38,101 nucleotides of DNA from Guillardia theta CCMP2712 (Eukaryota > Protista > Cryptophyta): positions 14,352-52,452 of the forward strand of contig NW_005434600.1 in NCBI RefSeq assembly GCF_000315625.1, written 5' to 3'. Positions 10,977-22,059 of this stretch are shown here, piece after piece (within the stretch, counting starts at the first letter, position 1; each line of letters opens with the position of its first letter). A program made the position numbers and the translations under genes. The notes beneath the pieces were generated by a model. It was given only the letters and a program-made list of their open reading frames with translations, was not told the origin of the DNA and searched no databases.

Positions 10977-12099
10977 AGGGGGCTTATGGGCGCCAGGGGA
11001 TTAGACCTTAGGATTAGCTCCTGGTACAAATGTTTTAGTCAAAGGGAGGGCTAATCCCCTGCTAAGGTCGCCCAGGGGATTAGCAATTAGTAGCTAATCC
11101 CCTGGACAACCATAACCTTTGGCTTACCAACCGTTGCGAGTTCAAGGTTCTCCCTTCCCCCCGCGCGAGGGACGTTCGAGTCAAACCACCTTCGACCTGA
11201 TGCTCCGAGTGCGCATCAACCTGTGGCTCCTGTATGTCGCGTGCTTCCCATTGTGAGACAAGAGGATTGATGCCTCAGCAGCTAGGGAATGACAAGACCT
11301 TCAAAGTTGAGGGATAGGGTTGGAGGCTTCATGGACCGTGAGGGCAGTGGAAGCGTTTTGAATTCGAAAATGCGATGCGAATGTCAGTGTTCATGGTGAG
11401 GACTCCAATGTTGAACGGTTTTTATGAGGTAAACTTGTATAATGGCAATCAATCAATCAATCATTGGCTTCGCCTCGACGCATGATTGACAAGATTTAGC
11501 AACACAAATGGATACCGCCTTCTCAGGACAGAGTACAACAAGGCAAGCTTCCTATACATCCTGGATTCGTGAAAGAACCGAGTCTGACACCATCACGACG
11601 GATCTGATAGGAAGCGAGTTGAGCTGAGGTGTGTGGGCATCGTTGCTCTGAAGTTTAGCAACAGATATTCAGTACATGTGATGGTTTGTAATGTGCATCT
11701 TAACTTTGTTCCTGTGTTCATTGTAATTAGAACATGAGTAATGTAATTGGACCATGCAACACCTCGTATGCATAGAGCTGTTCTTCATCATGCTTGTACT
11801 TGCTTGCAACATCACCTACAACAGCATAAGCTAACATCTCACACTCCTTGCAAGCGCTCGTTCGGCACAAACATTTCAGTTTCACTACTAATCCAACACT
11901 TCCAAAAACGAAATAAAAAGAGAATAAAACTCTAAAAGTTAAGGTCATGATACAAATTATTGAGTGATTTTAGAAGGAAACTTGATCGCTTTCTTCCTAT
12001 ATCACAACGTCTCAAAATCAGACTAAGGTTAAAACCGCCGTGTAACGGCAAGGACAGCTAATCCTAAGGTCTAAGGTCTCTGGCGCCCATAAGCCCCCT
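10977..12099. mobile_element. Non-autonomous TIR DNA transposon, probably PIF/Harbinger-like
   Basis: Imperfect ~43-bp TIRs AGGGGGCTTATGGGCGCCAG..TTAGACCTTAGGATTAGCT at 10977-11019 and 12056-12099. ATT flanks both sides (10974-10976 and 12100-12102); an alternative reading is a TA TSD with ends at 10978/12098. The internal remnant RVGGFMD (~11317-11337) resembles the Harbinger GFxDG motif. Confidence 0.8.
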
Positions 12100-12874
12100 A
12101 TTTATTCATTCACGCAAAGATGATGGCACATCAGGCTTGCATCTTCAGCATTGATAAGAACTTTTATAAGTAGCATAAATGTTTGTGCTACCCCTACTAA
12201 ACAGTTCAAGTACCCTGGTAAAATCATGCCCTGCTTTCCAAAGGTATTTTAAATTTTCGAAATCTATCTGTTTTAGGGCCCTTTTAGTGCGCCGAAAAAA
12301 TTGATAAGTTAATAAATTCCTTTTTTATATTTATTGACTGAAAAGAAAAGGCAAACCGGAGCAAACATAGGAGGACGAGGATAAATCCGACAAACCCGCC
12401 TCAATAAGACACTAGGAAACGGAGGAGGCAGCGAAAACCGCTAGGAATTCAGATTGAGGTTGGGTTGACTAAACATTAGTACAACACATTCAAATTTCAC
12501 AAAGATCATGGGTGAATTGAATATTTCTCGCACCACGATTTCAACACTTCAAGAAGAGTTTCAAAAGAGTTCACGGCGTGACAAGCAGTAGTAGTTGGGA
12601 GGATTTCACAGTGCTCCCAAGTATTTCAGAGGTGCGAAATCAGAGTCTGGCTATATTTTCAAATCCATGGCCTTTGGTTGGGCGCAATACACAAACTCAC
12701 AAAACATTTTATCAACAAGGTTCTCTTGCACGCGGCAAATGACGGCTGGTAGAGTGAGAGCAAGGCTGATCACGCTCAACTGCTCTTACCTGCTGCGGAT
12801 GCTCTCTTGGTGAATCCTAACATGACCACCCCGTTGCTTCAGGGGAAGAAGATACTCCACCACCGGGAGAAGGC

Positions 12875-15755
12875 ATGCGGGATCGATCGCCATCGCTTGG
12901 GAGCCATACCAACCCACACACGTTGTGTGTTGGTATGTTTGGGGTCAATCGTCATTTCAAGCGCAGAGGTAGAATGCCCCGAATCTGCCGCAGGAGAGAC
13001 GCTGATCGTTTGTTTTGCCAGCAGAGATTGACAGTTCCCTTTTCTCAACCAAACCTTCGTCGGATAGGCTTACTTTCCCAACCCTCTTGTTTGCGAATAC
13101 AAGGAGGGGCAGATAATCCTTCAAACAGCGAACTGCAGGCGGCGAAGGCGAAGCTGGTATCAGCGGGGGAGGTGGAGGTGGCGAAGGCGAAGCAGCGTGG
13201 GAGGTGGAGGTGGCGAAGGCGAAGCTGGAACAGGCACGTGCAACCAGGGACAAGGAGCTGATATCAGCGTGGGAGGTGGAGGTGGCGAAGGCGAAGCTGG
13301 AACAGGCACGTGCAACCAGGGACAAGGAGCTGATATTCCAGGCACAGAAAGATTTGGACCACCATAATTCTGAACTTGCGAGCTATCGTGCATCGTTAGC
13401 TTTTCCTACGGACTACCAAGGTAATCTTCCTGTTATTATTTTGTCCAACCCCGTCTGAGAACGGGTGTTTTTCTTATATAGATGCTGACGGAATGCTGTT
13501 TGATAGTGCTAAGCGCTTTGGTTTCGAAGCTTCGCCTTTCACGCCTTTCGCTGGAAGATGCAGCTAATGGCTTGAAGGAGTACCTCAAAAATGTACTTGA
13601 ACCAAGGAACAGTAATTTCAGCTATCTCAATCCTATCGACAGAGTAGTGGCAGCTGCAAGCAATGACAATGTTGTTACAGTTTCATGTATGATCGAGGCA
13701 TGCTCGGGAAGCGGGAAATCTCTGTGCGCTGCAGACTACTTTTCTCGACATCCGACGACCTCGCTATACTTCGTGTTCGAATACGTCCACGAACAGGAAA
13801 TCTATTCAAGAGTACAAGACCTTACGTGTATCATGAATGCAGCTATCGATCTGGACCTTCAACAGTATTTTCGCAGTATCAATGTCTTCAAGATCGTGTC
13901 AGGTGAGTCGACGGAGATCTCATCGATCAAGCTGGAGGACTACAGTTGGAACGTTCTTGGCACGCTCGGCTATCTGTTTGGCAAGACCACAACGCCCGCC
14001 AAGGTAACAGTGCAGCAAGCAAGGACCTGGATGTCGCAGCAGAAGTTGTGGGTTATGGTTGATGAAGCGATTCCGAGGGAGAAGAAGAAAAGCAGCTTCG
14101 GGGTTGTTGGCGCATTGGACAGACTTGTTTTCCTGAAAAGAATTCTCCGTAATGCGGGTTTTCATTGCATCATGTTAGGAACTAACACTCTGGTGATGAA
14201 TTTCAATGAAGCTACGCGACAGACGTTGGACAGCCGAGGCAAGAACAAGCAGACCATCATCTGCGTCACCCATCGAGCCCTCCCTCCGATGATGCTACGA
14301 TCAGCGAAGCAGAGAATTCTTCTCAAGCGACTGTTTGGGGAGGGCAAGATCTCATTGTTGCTCGACAACGTGAACCCATGGTTATGCAATGTTTTCTTGG
14401 AAGGATTGAACGTCGATATATCAGTGGAAGACCCTGCAACTTTATTTCGTAACCTAGCTTATCATGTTCTGCAGCGTCTACGATCCGACAAGAAGAATCT
14501 CAACGACGCATCCTTGTATTCTATGTTCCAGATTGCATCGCACGAAGCCATGTCTCAGACACAAATCTTACAAGGCTTCGGTCTCCTGAATGCTTGGCCA
14601 GGAGGTGAAGTCCCTGCACGTGGTAGTCCACAGTCTATCGTCGAAATGAGCCAAACAAATGATGGCAAGCTTCTTCTGCACGGCCTTGACATTCACCATT
14701 TGACCTCCAAGTTTGCTTCTTCCTTGTTGGATCCCATCACTGTGGCAGTCAGCGCTGGTGGAGGAAAGCCCTTCAAGGAGAGATCGTGTCTCGCGGTCTT
14801 GACGAGGATTCATGAAGAGGCTGCCAGACCTTCAAATGACCCAACAGCGGTTGACGCGATGCAAAGGGACGGGAACCTGCTGGAATCGTTTGGGGGGGTT
14901 GTTGTGATGTTGACAAGCTGGAGTCATCCTGACGACATACTTTCAACTCTCAGCTTTCATTGCGGAAGGGAGGTAAAGAGCAAGGTTATGAACGTTCTTG
15001 AGAGGGTGCAGAATCAAGAAGCTGCAGAGGGATTTCGTCAAGTCTTGACTTCGTGCTTCTCGAACCTTGTTCCCCTTCGCATTGGTGAAGAGCACGTAAA
15101 TGAAAGTACAGCGTACGGCTGCTACATGCGTTGCAAAAATAGTCAGCGACGGGACGGAATCTTCTACAGTCCCGTCGGTCAGGATGGAAGCAGAAAATCG
15201 GGAGGTGCAGAGTTCAAGAACCGGAGACAGGCGGTTAGTGCATCGCAGCTGAAAAAGATTGTGAAGAAGTTATCTAGGCATGGGCACGACCTGCTGTTTT
15301 TCATGGCACCAAAGCTGAGAAAGTTCGAGAGTGAGCGGATTTTACCTCGTGGCGGGAAGGAGAGCTGGTTGCTGTTACACTGGAGGAAAAATGATGACGT
15401 ACCTTGGCACACTTTCCACAGAGTGGTACAGGGAGCTCAGAGGTACAGAGTGTTGATTCTGATGGAGCTTGGACTTTCAACGAATCCTTTTGGTCTGCGG
15501 ACGATGCACCAGGATGCATTAAAGGATGAAGTTCGCTTATCAAAAAGAAGGAGAGCATCCAAGGGATCAGACTCGCCCTCATTGCGAACGGAGTGCAAGT
15601 CAGACAAGTCTGAGCGAGCCAGGGTGAACAGCAGACAAGGTGAGGCTTCGACTCGTACGAGGGACGGGTGTGACCTCCTTGCTTTGCACGAGGAGGAGAG
15701 ACACTCCGAAGCAAAACAAGTGCCTGAATCCGCAGATGCTATTGACCAAGGATAG
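12875..15755 (+). CDS. NTPase + PD-(D/E)XK-like nuclease protein, copy B; repeat exon contracted and frameshifted (~13192); 757-aa ORF 13482-15755 intact
   Basis: Predicted intron 13421-13506. The ORF differs from copy A only at DRLD/DRLV and HGEEESHS/HEEERHS. The upstream exon is split into ORFs 12875-13261 and 13204-13458. Confidence 0.7.
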
Positions 15756-16132
15756 CTATCCCTGGTCATTACCCTAGGCTATGATGATCCAGCAGGTTCT
15801 CTGAGCAGCCAGTGCCACTGTACCACCCTTGACGGTATACGGGAACGTGCTTTGATCTGTATCAAAGTAAACTAGACAAATTTCCGTCATTCCCATCCTG
15901 AAGAATGAGCTGACCCTACGAGTACAATGAAAGAATATGACAGTCGTGGTTCTAAAAACCAGATGCACTGTCTGAGCCCCCAGTTCCTGTTGGCAAGACA
16001 TTCAGCCGAATAAAAACCACTCCTCGAATGACTTTCACCTTGGAGCATCTTGGCAACCGAAGGCAGAACGCAGCGAGAGGAAGGATAGTGCCTACACCAG
16101 AAAGGTTGAGACGACGAAAAGCTGGCGGAGGT

Positions 16133-16558
16133 GATGTTGCAGGGAGAGGGAGAAGAGGAGGAGGAGCAGCAGGATTAGGGAGAAAAAACGCAGGAGGAGC
16201 GAGGGAGCGGCGTGCGAAGAAGAGCAGGAGCAGGATAAGGGTGCAGCGGAAGAGCAGCAGGAGGGAAAGGAGACCGCGGAAGAGCGGGAGCAGCATGCGG
16301 AGGAGGGAGAGCAAGAGGGAGAGCAGGAGAGGATCAGGAGGAAGAGGAAGAGAAGGAGGAGGATCAGAAGGATGAGTAAGAGAAGGGGGGAGAAGAAGAG
16401 CAGGAGGGGAGGAGGAGGAACAAGGGGGGGGGAGGAACAGCAAGAGGGACAGGAACAGCAGGAGGAGGAAGGGAAAGGAACAGCAGGAGACGGAAGGGGA
16501 AGAGCAGCAGGGAAGGGAAGAGCAGGAGGAGGAGGAGGAGGAGGAGGAGGAGGAGGAG

Positions 16559-16600
<42 letters not shown>

Positions 16601-16761
16601 GCCCAGGACGAGGAGGAGGAAGACGAGGACGAGAACGAGGAGGACGAGGACGAGGAGGACGAGGAGGCCCAGGACGAGGACGAGGAGGACGAGGACGAGG
16701 ACGGGGACGAGTAGGAGGAGGAGGAGGAGGAGTACGAGTATGAGGACGAGGACGAGGTCGG

Positions 16762-16809
<48 letters not shown>

Positions 16810-16920
16810 GCAGGAGGAGGATGAGTAGAAGGAGGAGGATGAGTAGGAATAGGAGGAGAAGGACGAGGACGAGGACGAGGACGAGGAGGACGAGGAGGAG
16901 GATGAGGAGGAGGAGGGGGA
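16133..16920. repeat. Low-complexity (GAG)n/(GAGGAC)n purine tract
   Basis: Read directly. It explains the Ser-, Pro-Arg- and Gly-Arg-rich overlapping ORFs here. Confidence 0.9.
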
Positions 16921-17689
16921 TGAGGCCTCACGTTGGATCCGGCATGGTGCCCGTTCTGGGAGGCTTTCCAACGAGACCCTGTGAAATGGTAACAATCGTT
17001 TAATGAGTAAAGACGCAAGCTATTCCTGGGAAGATGCCGGGGAAGCCGAACGCAACAACTTGCCGACGGCAAAGGCCTTGAAGCCTCGGCCTCGGAGGGA
17101 GGCAGAGGGGCACTGCCGGATGGAGGAGCTGTGTGCAAAGAGGCAGTGCTGATACTGGCACGTCTGTCTGAAATTTCGGGAGGGAATTTGAATGTGTTGT
17201 ACTAATAGGAGTCACATAGTAGTGTGAGCAGCTGTCACGAGGCCGCACGGTTCCGGGGTCACTAAGATCAAACCCGCGTAACTTCAACCTGAAGGGTCAA
17301 CCGAGATCACGGCACGGGCACGGCTGCCACCCCATGACACCCCCGACAGCTTCTTCCGACCTCCCTACGGCTACAAAATGACGTCTTCTCGAACACCCTT
17401 GGACTTAGCGGAGTAACGAAAAGCATTGTTTTCAGGTTTGAGGATATTTACTACAACTGACTTTGTAAGCCTTCGTATCCGCTGACCGGGCAGCACCACC
17501 AACCTCTCGTGGTAAAAGGTGCTTCACAGCACCGGTACATGTATCAGGAATTGGAAAGATTCAGGGGGTGGTTTTTCAGTAGTCGCTTCTTCATGCTCCC
17601 AGGGGTGGGTCTTCTCCGGAATCCGCTCCCGATTTGTTGATTCCGCACCCCTAGTAATCCCATAAGATATCGACGGGGGTAGGGTCAGG

Positions 17690-18550
17690 AGATGCAAATT
17701 GGGGCTGGACACATGTGATATTGCTGACATGCACGTAACCATCCTTGTCAGCAGGTTTAGGGAGTTCGCATCAAAAGCAAGCGAACGAAGGGGTCGAGCA
17801 AACAAGGGAAGAGCCCAAGGAAAGAAGTCTCAGTGCGATCTGAAACATCTCTCTCAAGCCAGCAGAGGTTCAAGAGAAGTGATAGGAGTGATCAGCCTTA
17901 AGGAGGACCGTGCGAAGTAAGATCAAGAAACCGTCGATCGCAAACTTCTGGTTTTCTCCGGAGCTACTGGTTTGTTCAGCTTCCTACGAATGACACCATC
18001 TTTGATGCCTAGTCAAAGACTCCTACAGCACTCATCTAGATCGTTCAAGGGATCATTCGCGTTGAAGAAGGACAATGTCTGGAACTTGCATGCAATTTTT
18101 ATTCTTTGGTTGGGATACATAGGGGAGATGTTGAGGTCAATTTGGACTACCCACAGGGCAGCCTCCGCTCATGCGTGTCAGGCTGAGGAGAAGCGTTGGC
18201 AAAGGCAGAACTCGCTGCGGCGGAAATCAGAATCGATGAAAGACGACTATCAGCAGCTCCTGCAGATCATGCAAGACTGTTGCCAGAGTGGACATGTGGT
18301 CCTGACAAGTCCGCCATCGAAGCTTGATAGCAGGAGGAGAAGGGAGCAGCAAACCCACCGGAGAAAGAGCATGACTCTATTAGAATGCAAGCAACAAGTA
18401 GATACTCGAAGGTCAAGGTTGGAAGCCAACACACATGCTGCCTGGAACTCGCAGCAAGGCTACATGGTTGCCGGCTCACCAGCACCACAAACTTTTGAGA
18501 AGCTAAAGCGTAGAAATGATAGGATTCTATCCAAATGGGTGGAAATGTAA
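17690..18550 (+). pseudogene. Possible degraded ORF, perhaps a nuclease-fold remnant
   Basis: Protein-like fragments in shifting frames with stops, e.g. SYWFVQLPTNDTIFDA*SKTPTALI*IV (~17962-18045). Confidence 0.3.
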
Positions 18551-18839
18551 TAAAGTGTAATCTATTCCATTTAGATACTGCCGCACTCAACGTTGCTCCT
18601 CTCTTTCGATGGCTAACTCCCGAACAGGCATTCATTCACCACTGTACTGCTGATTTTCATGTGTTGATACAATCTTACTGTCAACCATAGTAGCAACACA
18701 CCGTTGGCAGTGACATCGATTTAAGAACTTGACTGCACTTTGTTAGTTTGACAGCCAACTGTGTTATTTCTACGAAATACAAAGTAGCAGAATTGAAAGC
18801 CGTAGCTACCAGCGGCACCGCTTACAATAATACAAATTA

Positions 18840-19230
18840 CGGTAGTACCGTCCGTACTGCCGTCACTGAGCGGCCAAGATCTGTTGCCCTGAACAGCAAA
18901 GGAAGTTCACCGTAACAGTCCTAGCAAGCAATGCAGCAGCACCATGTGGCGCACTGCGGCAGCCTGGCCGCTGAGGCTCAGCCAAGCCTAGTAGGCAGCG
19001 ACTCGGACTCATGCCATGATGCTTGCCACTCAGTGACTGCCGGCCGGGCGGCTCGGAGGGCTAAGTGAGGATAAGCCTTCAAGGCTTAACACCCGGGCCG
19101 GGCCGGGCCTGCTTCCCCTCGGCTATTATTGAAAGCAACTTGATGATCATGTTGTCAATCGGTTAAAAGCTTGCTCAGCGGGGAGTCCGACTCGTGCCAC
19201 TGTATGATAGTATCATAGTATCCCAAGATG
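18840..19230. repeat. GC-rich intergenic word-mosaic island
   Basis: Clusters of CCGG/GGCC, ACTCAGT/GACTC, TGATCA and TATGATAGTATCATA words shared with the other islands. Confidence 0.55.
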
Positions 19231-21026
19231 TAGGGCGCCTCCAAAAAAAGCTTAGGATTCTCTTTTTTGGTAAAATTTGAAAAAAAAAAAATTGCAGTTG
19301 ATGGACACATTTATCGCGAAACATGCATAGTTTCAGTACCTTGCACGCATTGTTGGCGTGATCGTTTGAAATGCCTAAGGTTCAAAACTCTGGTACTAAT
19401 TTGTACCGGCGATCAGTACTGATAATTGAGTAAATTACATATATATGCGGTACACTTATTTGTACCAGTTACTCTCTTTAATATTAATATATATAGAATT
19501 CTCTCCTTTTTTTTTGACTTAGTGAAAGAATCTTGAAGCGCCCTGCGAGATCCAGTCCTTGTATCAGGCCGCGCCTCACGGCAGTGCCGTTCTTCAACGG
19601 GATCGGATACCGTACCGATGCCCCCACGCGGCCCATCATCCGATCCAGAGTCGTCAGTCTGGTACCCCTCCTCCGAGGCTTTATCAGTGAAGGTAGGGTA
19701 CTCGAGGGTACTTCCGGGCCCCGCAGCCTGTTCAATTCGTTCGGTGTCCGACCGCAATGCTCAAATTGTATGGAAAAGTCAATCAAAAATTAAAATTCTG
19801 TCTAAATCTCATTGGGTTAACCAGCGAAACTGACATCTGCCAGGGCCCCCTTTCGCTGGATCCCCCGTTATAGCCGCCTCGGTGTAAAGGCCTTGGCCCC
19901 CCGTTCCGCAATCAGTTGGCGATTCCGCGAGCAACACTTATTTTGCACTCGAAAATCTGCCATGGATTATTGAAAATAGACAATAAATTTTCAAATTGTA
20001 CCTTTCTTTTTCATATCATTCGTTTGAATTTGCGACCATTATCCCCGCCAACATTTACAACCCCTCAGATTTCCCTGCCTTTGTATGTAATTTACTACGC
20101 CTGGTACCATATGAAGGGAATTTGAGTAATTTTTGTATTGGCACCATCCACCCCCACCCCGCCTCCAATCAATCCACCCTCTTCTCAAAATTACTCACTA
20201 TTTACCCCACCCTACCCCACCGTGATATTCACACCGATCCTTTTTCTCCCATGACAGCTCTGACCCCTACCTTATCGATGATCCCACCACCCCTGAACGA
20301 ATACCCACCCACCCATCGTAATCAGACGGTTCAACTGAGAAACGAGTTCTTCTCCACCCTACCCACCAGGATCCCAATTGCAACAAATACCCTACTGTCA
20401 CTTTCGACTCGATTACCTCTCAAAACCATGGGTAGTATCACTACCTACCGTCTAACGACACATTCGAACTCCCTGCTGCCACCCCACCCCTCCACATGAA
20501 AAGGATATAGACTGACTCTGAATACCCCACCCCATCCCCACCCTTTGCACCCCCTCGTCATCCCTTGCACTGTAGCCCAGTTCAGGGTACCCCCACCCAC
20601 GATGATCCACTTCACCCACCCACATTGTGTAAAACACGATACTCCACCCCCCTTTCAGTAAGTACCCCCCACCCCACCCCCGAGCTCAACCCCGTCAAAC
20701 GTGGCTTTTCCCCAGTTTGTGTCCCCCGAAAGTATCAGCGACTGCTTCCTTCCCACCCGCATCTCTGCCCTCCCACTTCATCCGCCGCTTCCTCCCCCTC
20801 CTCGCTCTTTCTTCTTCTCATTCACTTCTGATCATCCCCTCCGATTCGTCAGGCTTTCATCCCACCTCATCTCATTTCTTTCTCACAGCCCAACTCTCTT
20901 TCATTGGTCGTTCATCTCAAATTGTTCTGGACCAGGGGTGTCTAGTTTAACGACCTGTGCTGTGACGGTTGATATCGCATTGGGATTTGTCTTCTACAGA
21001 AACAAGTCTTGATAGCAAGCAACCTG

Positions 21027-21968
21027 ATGAGTCGTGAGAGAATGGTAGAGTTTGTGGCGGGCGCTGCGTCGGGATTTGTTGCAGACGGTGTAACGCACCC
21101 TGTGGACACTGTTCGAACAAGATTGTGGGTTCAAGGGGAAGGGACAGCTTACAGGTATTCTGGATTGCTTCATGGAACAGTAGACATGGTGAAGAAAGAG
21201 GGATTGCCCTCGCTCTTCAAAGGTTTCGGAAGCGTCGCATTGCTGACTCCTTTAGCGCATGGTCTTTACTTTGGATCATATGAATGGTTCAAGCGAACAC
21301 TAGGACACCGGAAAGGCGGCCTAGGCCTCGGAGACTCCTCCAACGCTATGATCTCAGGATTCTTTGCGAATGGAGTCGGAGGTCTGGTGTGGAATCCGAT
21401 GGACGTGGTGAAGCAGAAGCAACAAGCCAACGTCGGCAGCTTGTACAAAAGTCCATTGAATGGGCTCGTTGAGGTTTGGAGGGAGGGAGGCATGTGCCGG
21501 GGTTTGATGAAAGGATATTGGTCGGGAATGGCAACATATGGGCCATTTTCAGCTATTTACTTCATGATGTACGAGAACTGGAAAGTAGCATGCATGAAAT
21601 GGACTACGCAGCATGCGCGGCACGACGAGCTTAACACAGGACACTACGTAGCAGGAGGATTCATAGCTGGGAGTGCTGCAGCTGTTGCGACAGCTCCAAT
21701 CGATCTGATCAAGACGAGGATACAAGTTTGCGATCATTACTCAGGAATGTACTCCACCGCAACACGCATAATCAAGGAAGAAGGCTACGGAGTTTTCACC
21801 AAAGGACTTGGAGCAAGGATATTGTGGGTAGCTCCAGGTTGTGCGATCACCATTGCAGTGTTTGAAGACATTCGAAAGTTTTGTTCGAGTGCCTCAGACT
21901 TCGGTAGTGATGGTTACTCTAGCCTGGACATGTCGTCTGTTACAGATGGATCAGCTTTCACAGTATGA
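21027..21968 (+). CDS. Mitochondrial carrier family (SLC25) protein, intronless
   Basis: Three Px[DE]xx[KR]x[RK] signatures (PVDTVRTR, PMDVVKQK, PIDLIKTR), the KEG..LFKG and EEG..FTKG motifs, and ~313 aa. Substrate not assigned. Confidence 0.95.
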   Translation: MSRERMVEFVAGAASGFVADGVTHPVDTVRTRLWVQGEGTAYRYSGLLHGTVDMVKKEGLPSLFKGFGSVALLTPLAHGLYFGSYEWFKRTLGHRKGGLGLGDSSNAMISGFFANGVGGLVWNPMDVVKQKQQANVGSLYKSPLNGLVEVWREGGMCRGLMKGYWSGMATYGPFSAIYFMMYENWKVACMKWTTQHARHDELNTGHYVAGGFIAGSAAAVATAPIDLIKTRIQVCDHYSGMYSTATRIIKEEGYGVFTKGLGARILWVAPGCAITIAVFEDIRKFCSSASDFGSDGYSSLDMSSVTDGSAFTV

Positions 21969-22059
21969 ACTCAGCACTAATTCCGAGTCCCAGCAGCGGT
22001 CATGTGTAGACTACGGTAGTACCAGGTGTTTCTGTTCTATAATTCTTCAAAGTTTGTTG

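Larger units (their letters stand above)
12293..16953 (+). repeat. Right arm of the large inverted duplication
   Basis: Reverse complement of the left arm, with scattered SNPs, a 198-bp extra segment (12550-12747), a contracted repeat array and a 5-bp indel near 15881. Confidence 0.95.

Noticed and set aside
13481-13482. Splice acceptor at TATAG/ATG, or a standalone start MLTECC for the 757-aa ORF
   Set aside because: This acceptor gives an early stop. The AG at 13505-13506 keeps the frame, so MLTECCLI is probably intronic.
15743-15777. Helitron 3' end (hairpin followed by CTAG)
   Set aside because: CTAG is followed by G rather than T, arm homology continues past it, and no Rep/helicase is present.
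3484-16953. Polinton/Maverick or virophage with long TIRs
   Set aside because: No pPolB, integrase, capsid or packaging ATPase motifs, no 6-bp TSD, and the arms themselves carry the genes.
15952-17138. Long 347/348-aa Ser-rich and Pro-Arg-rich ORFs
   Set aside because: Low-complexity repeat translations.
19241-19270. CCAAAAAAAG..CTTTTTTGG hairpin as a terminator
   Set aside because: Short homopolymer stem in a eukaryotic intergenic region; likely chance.
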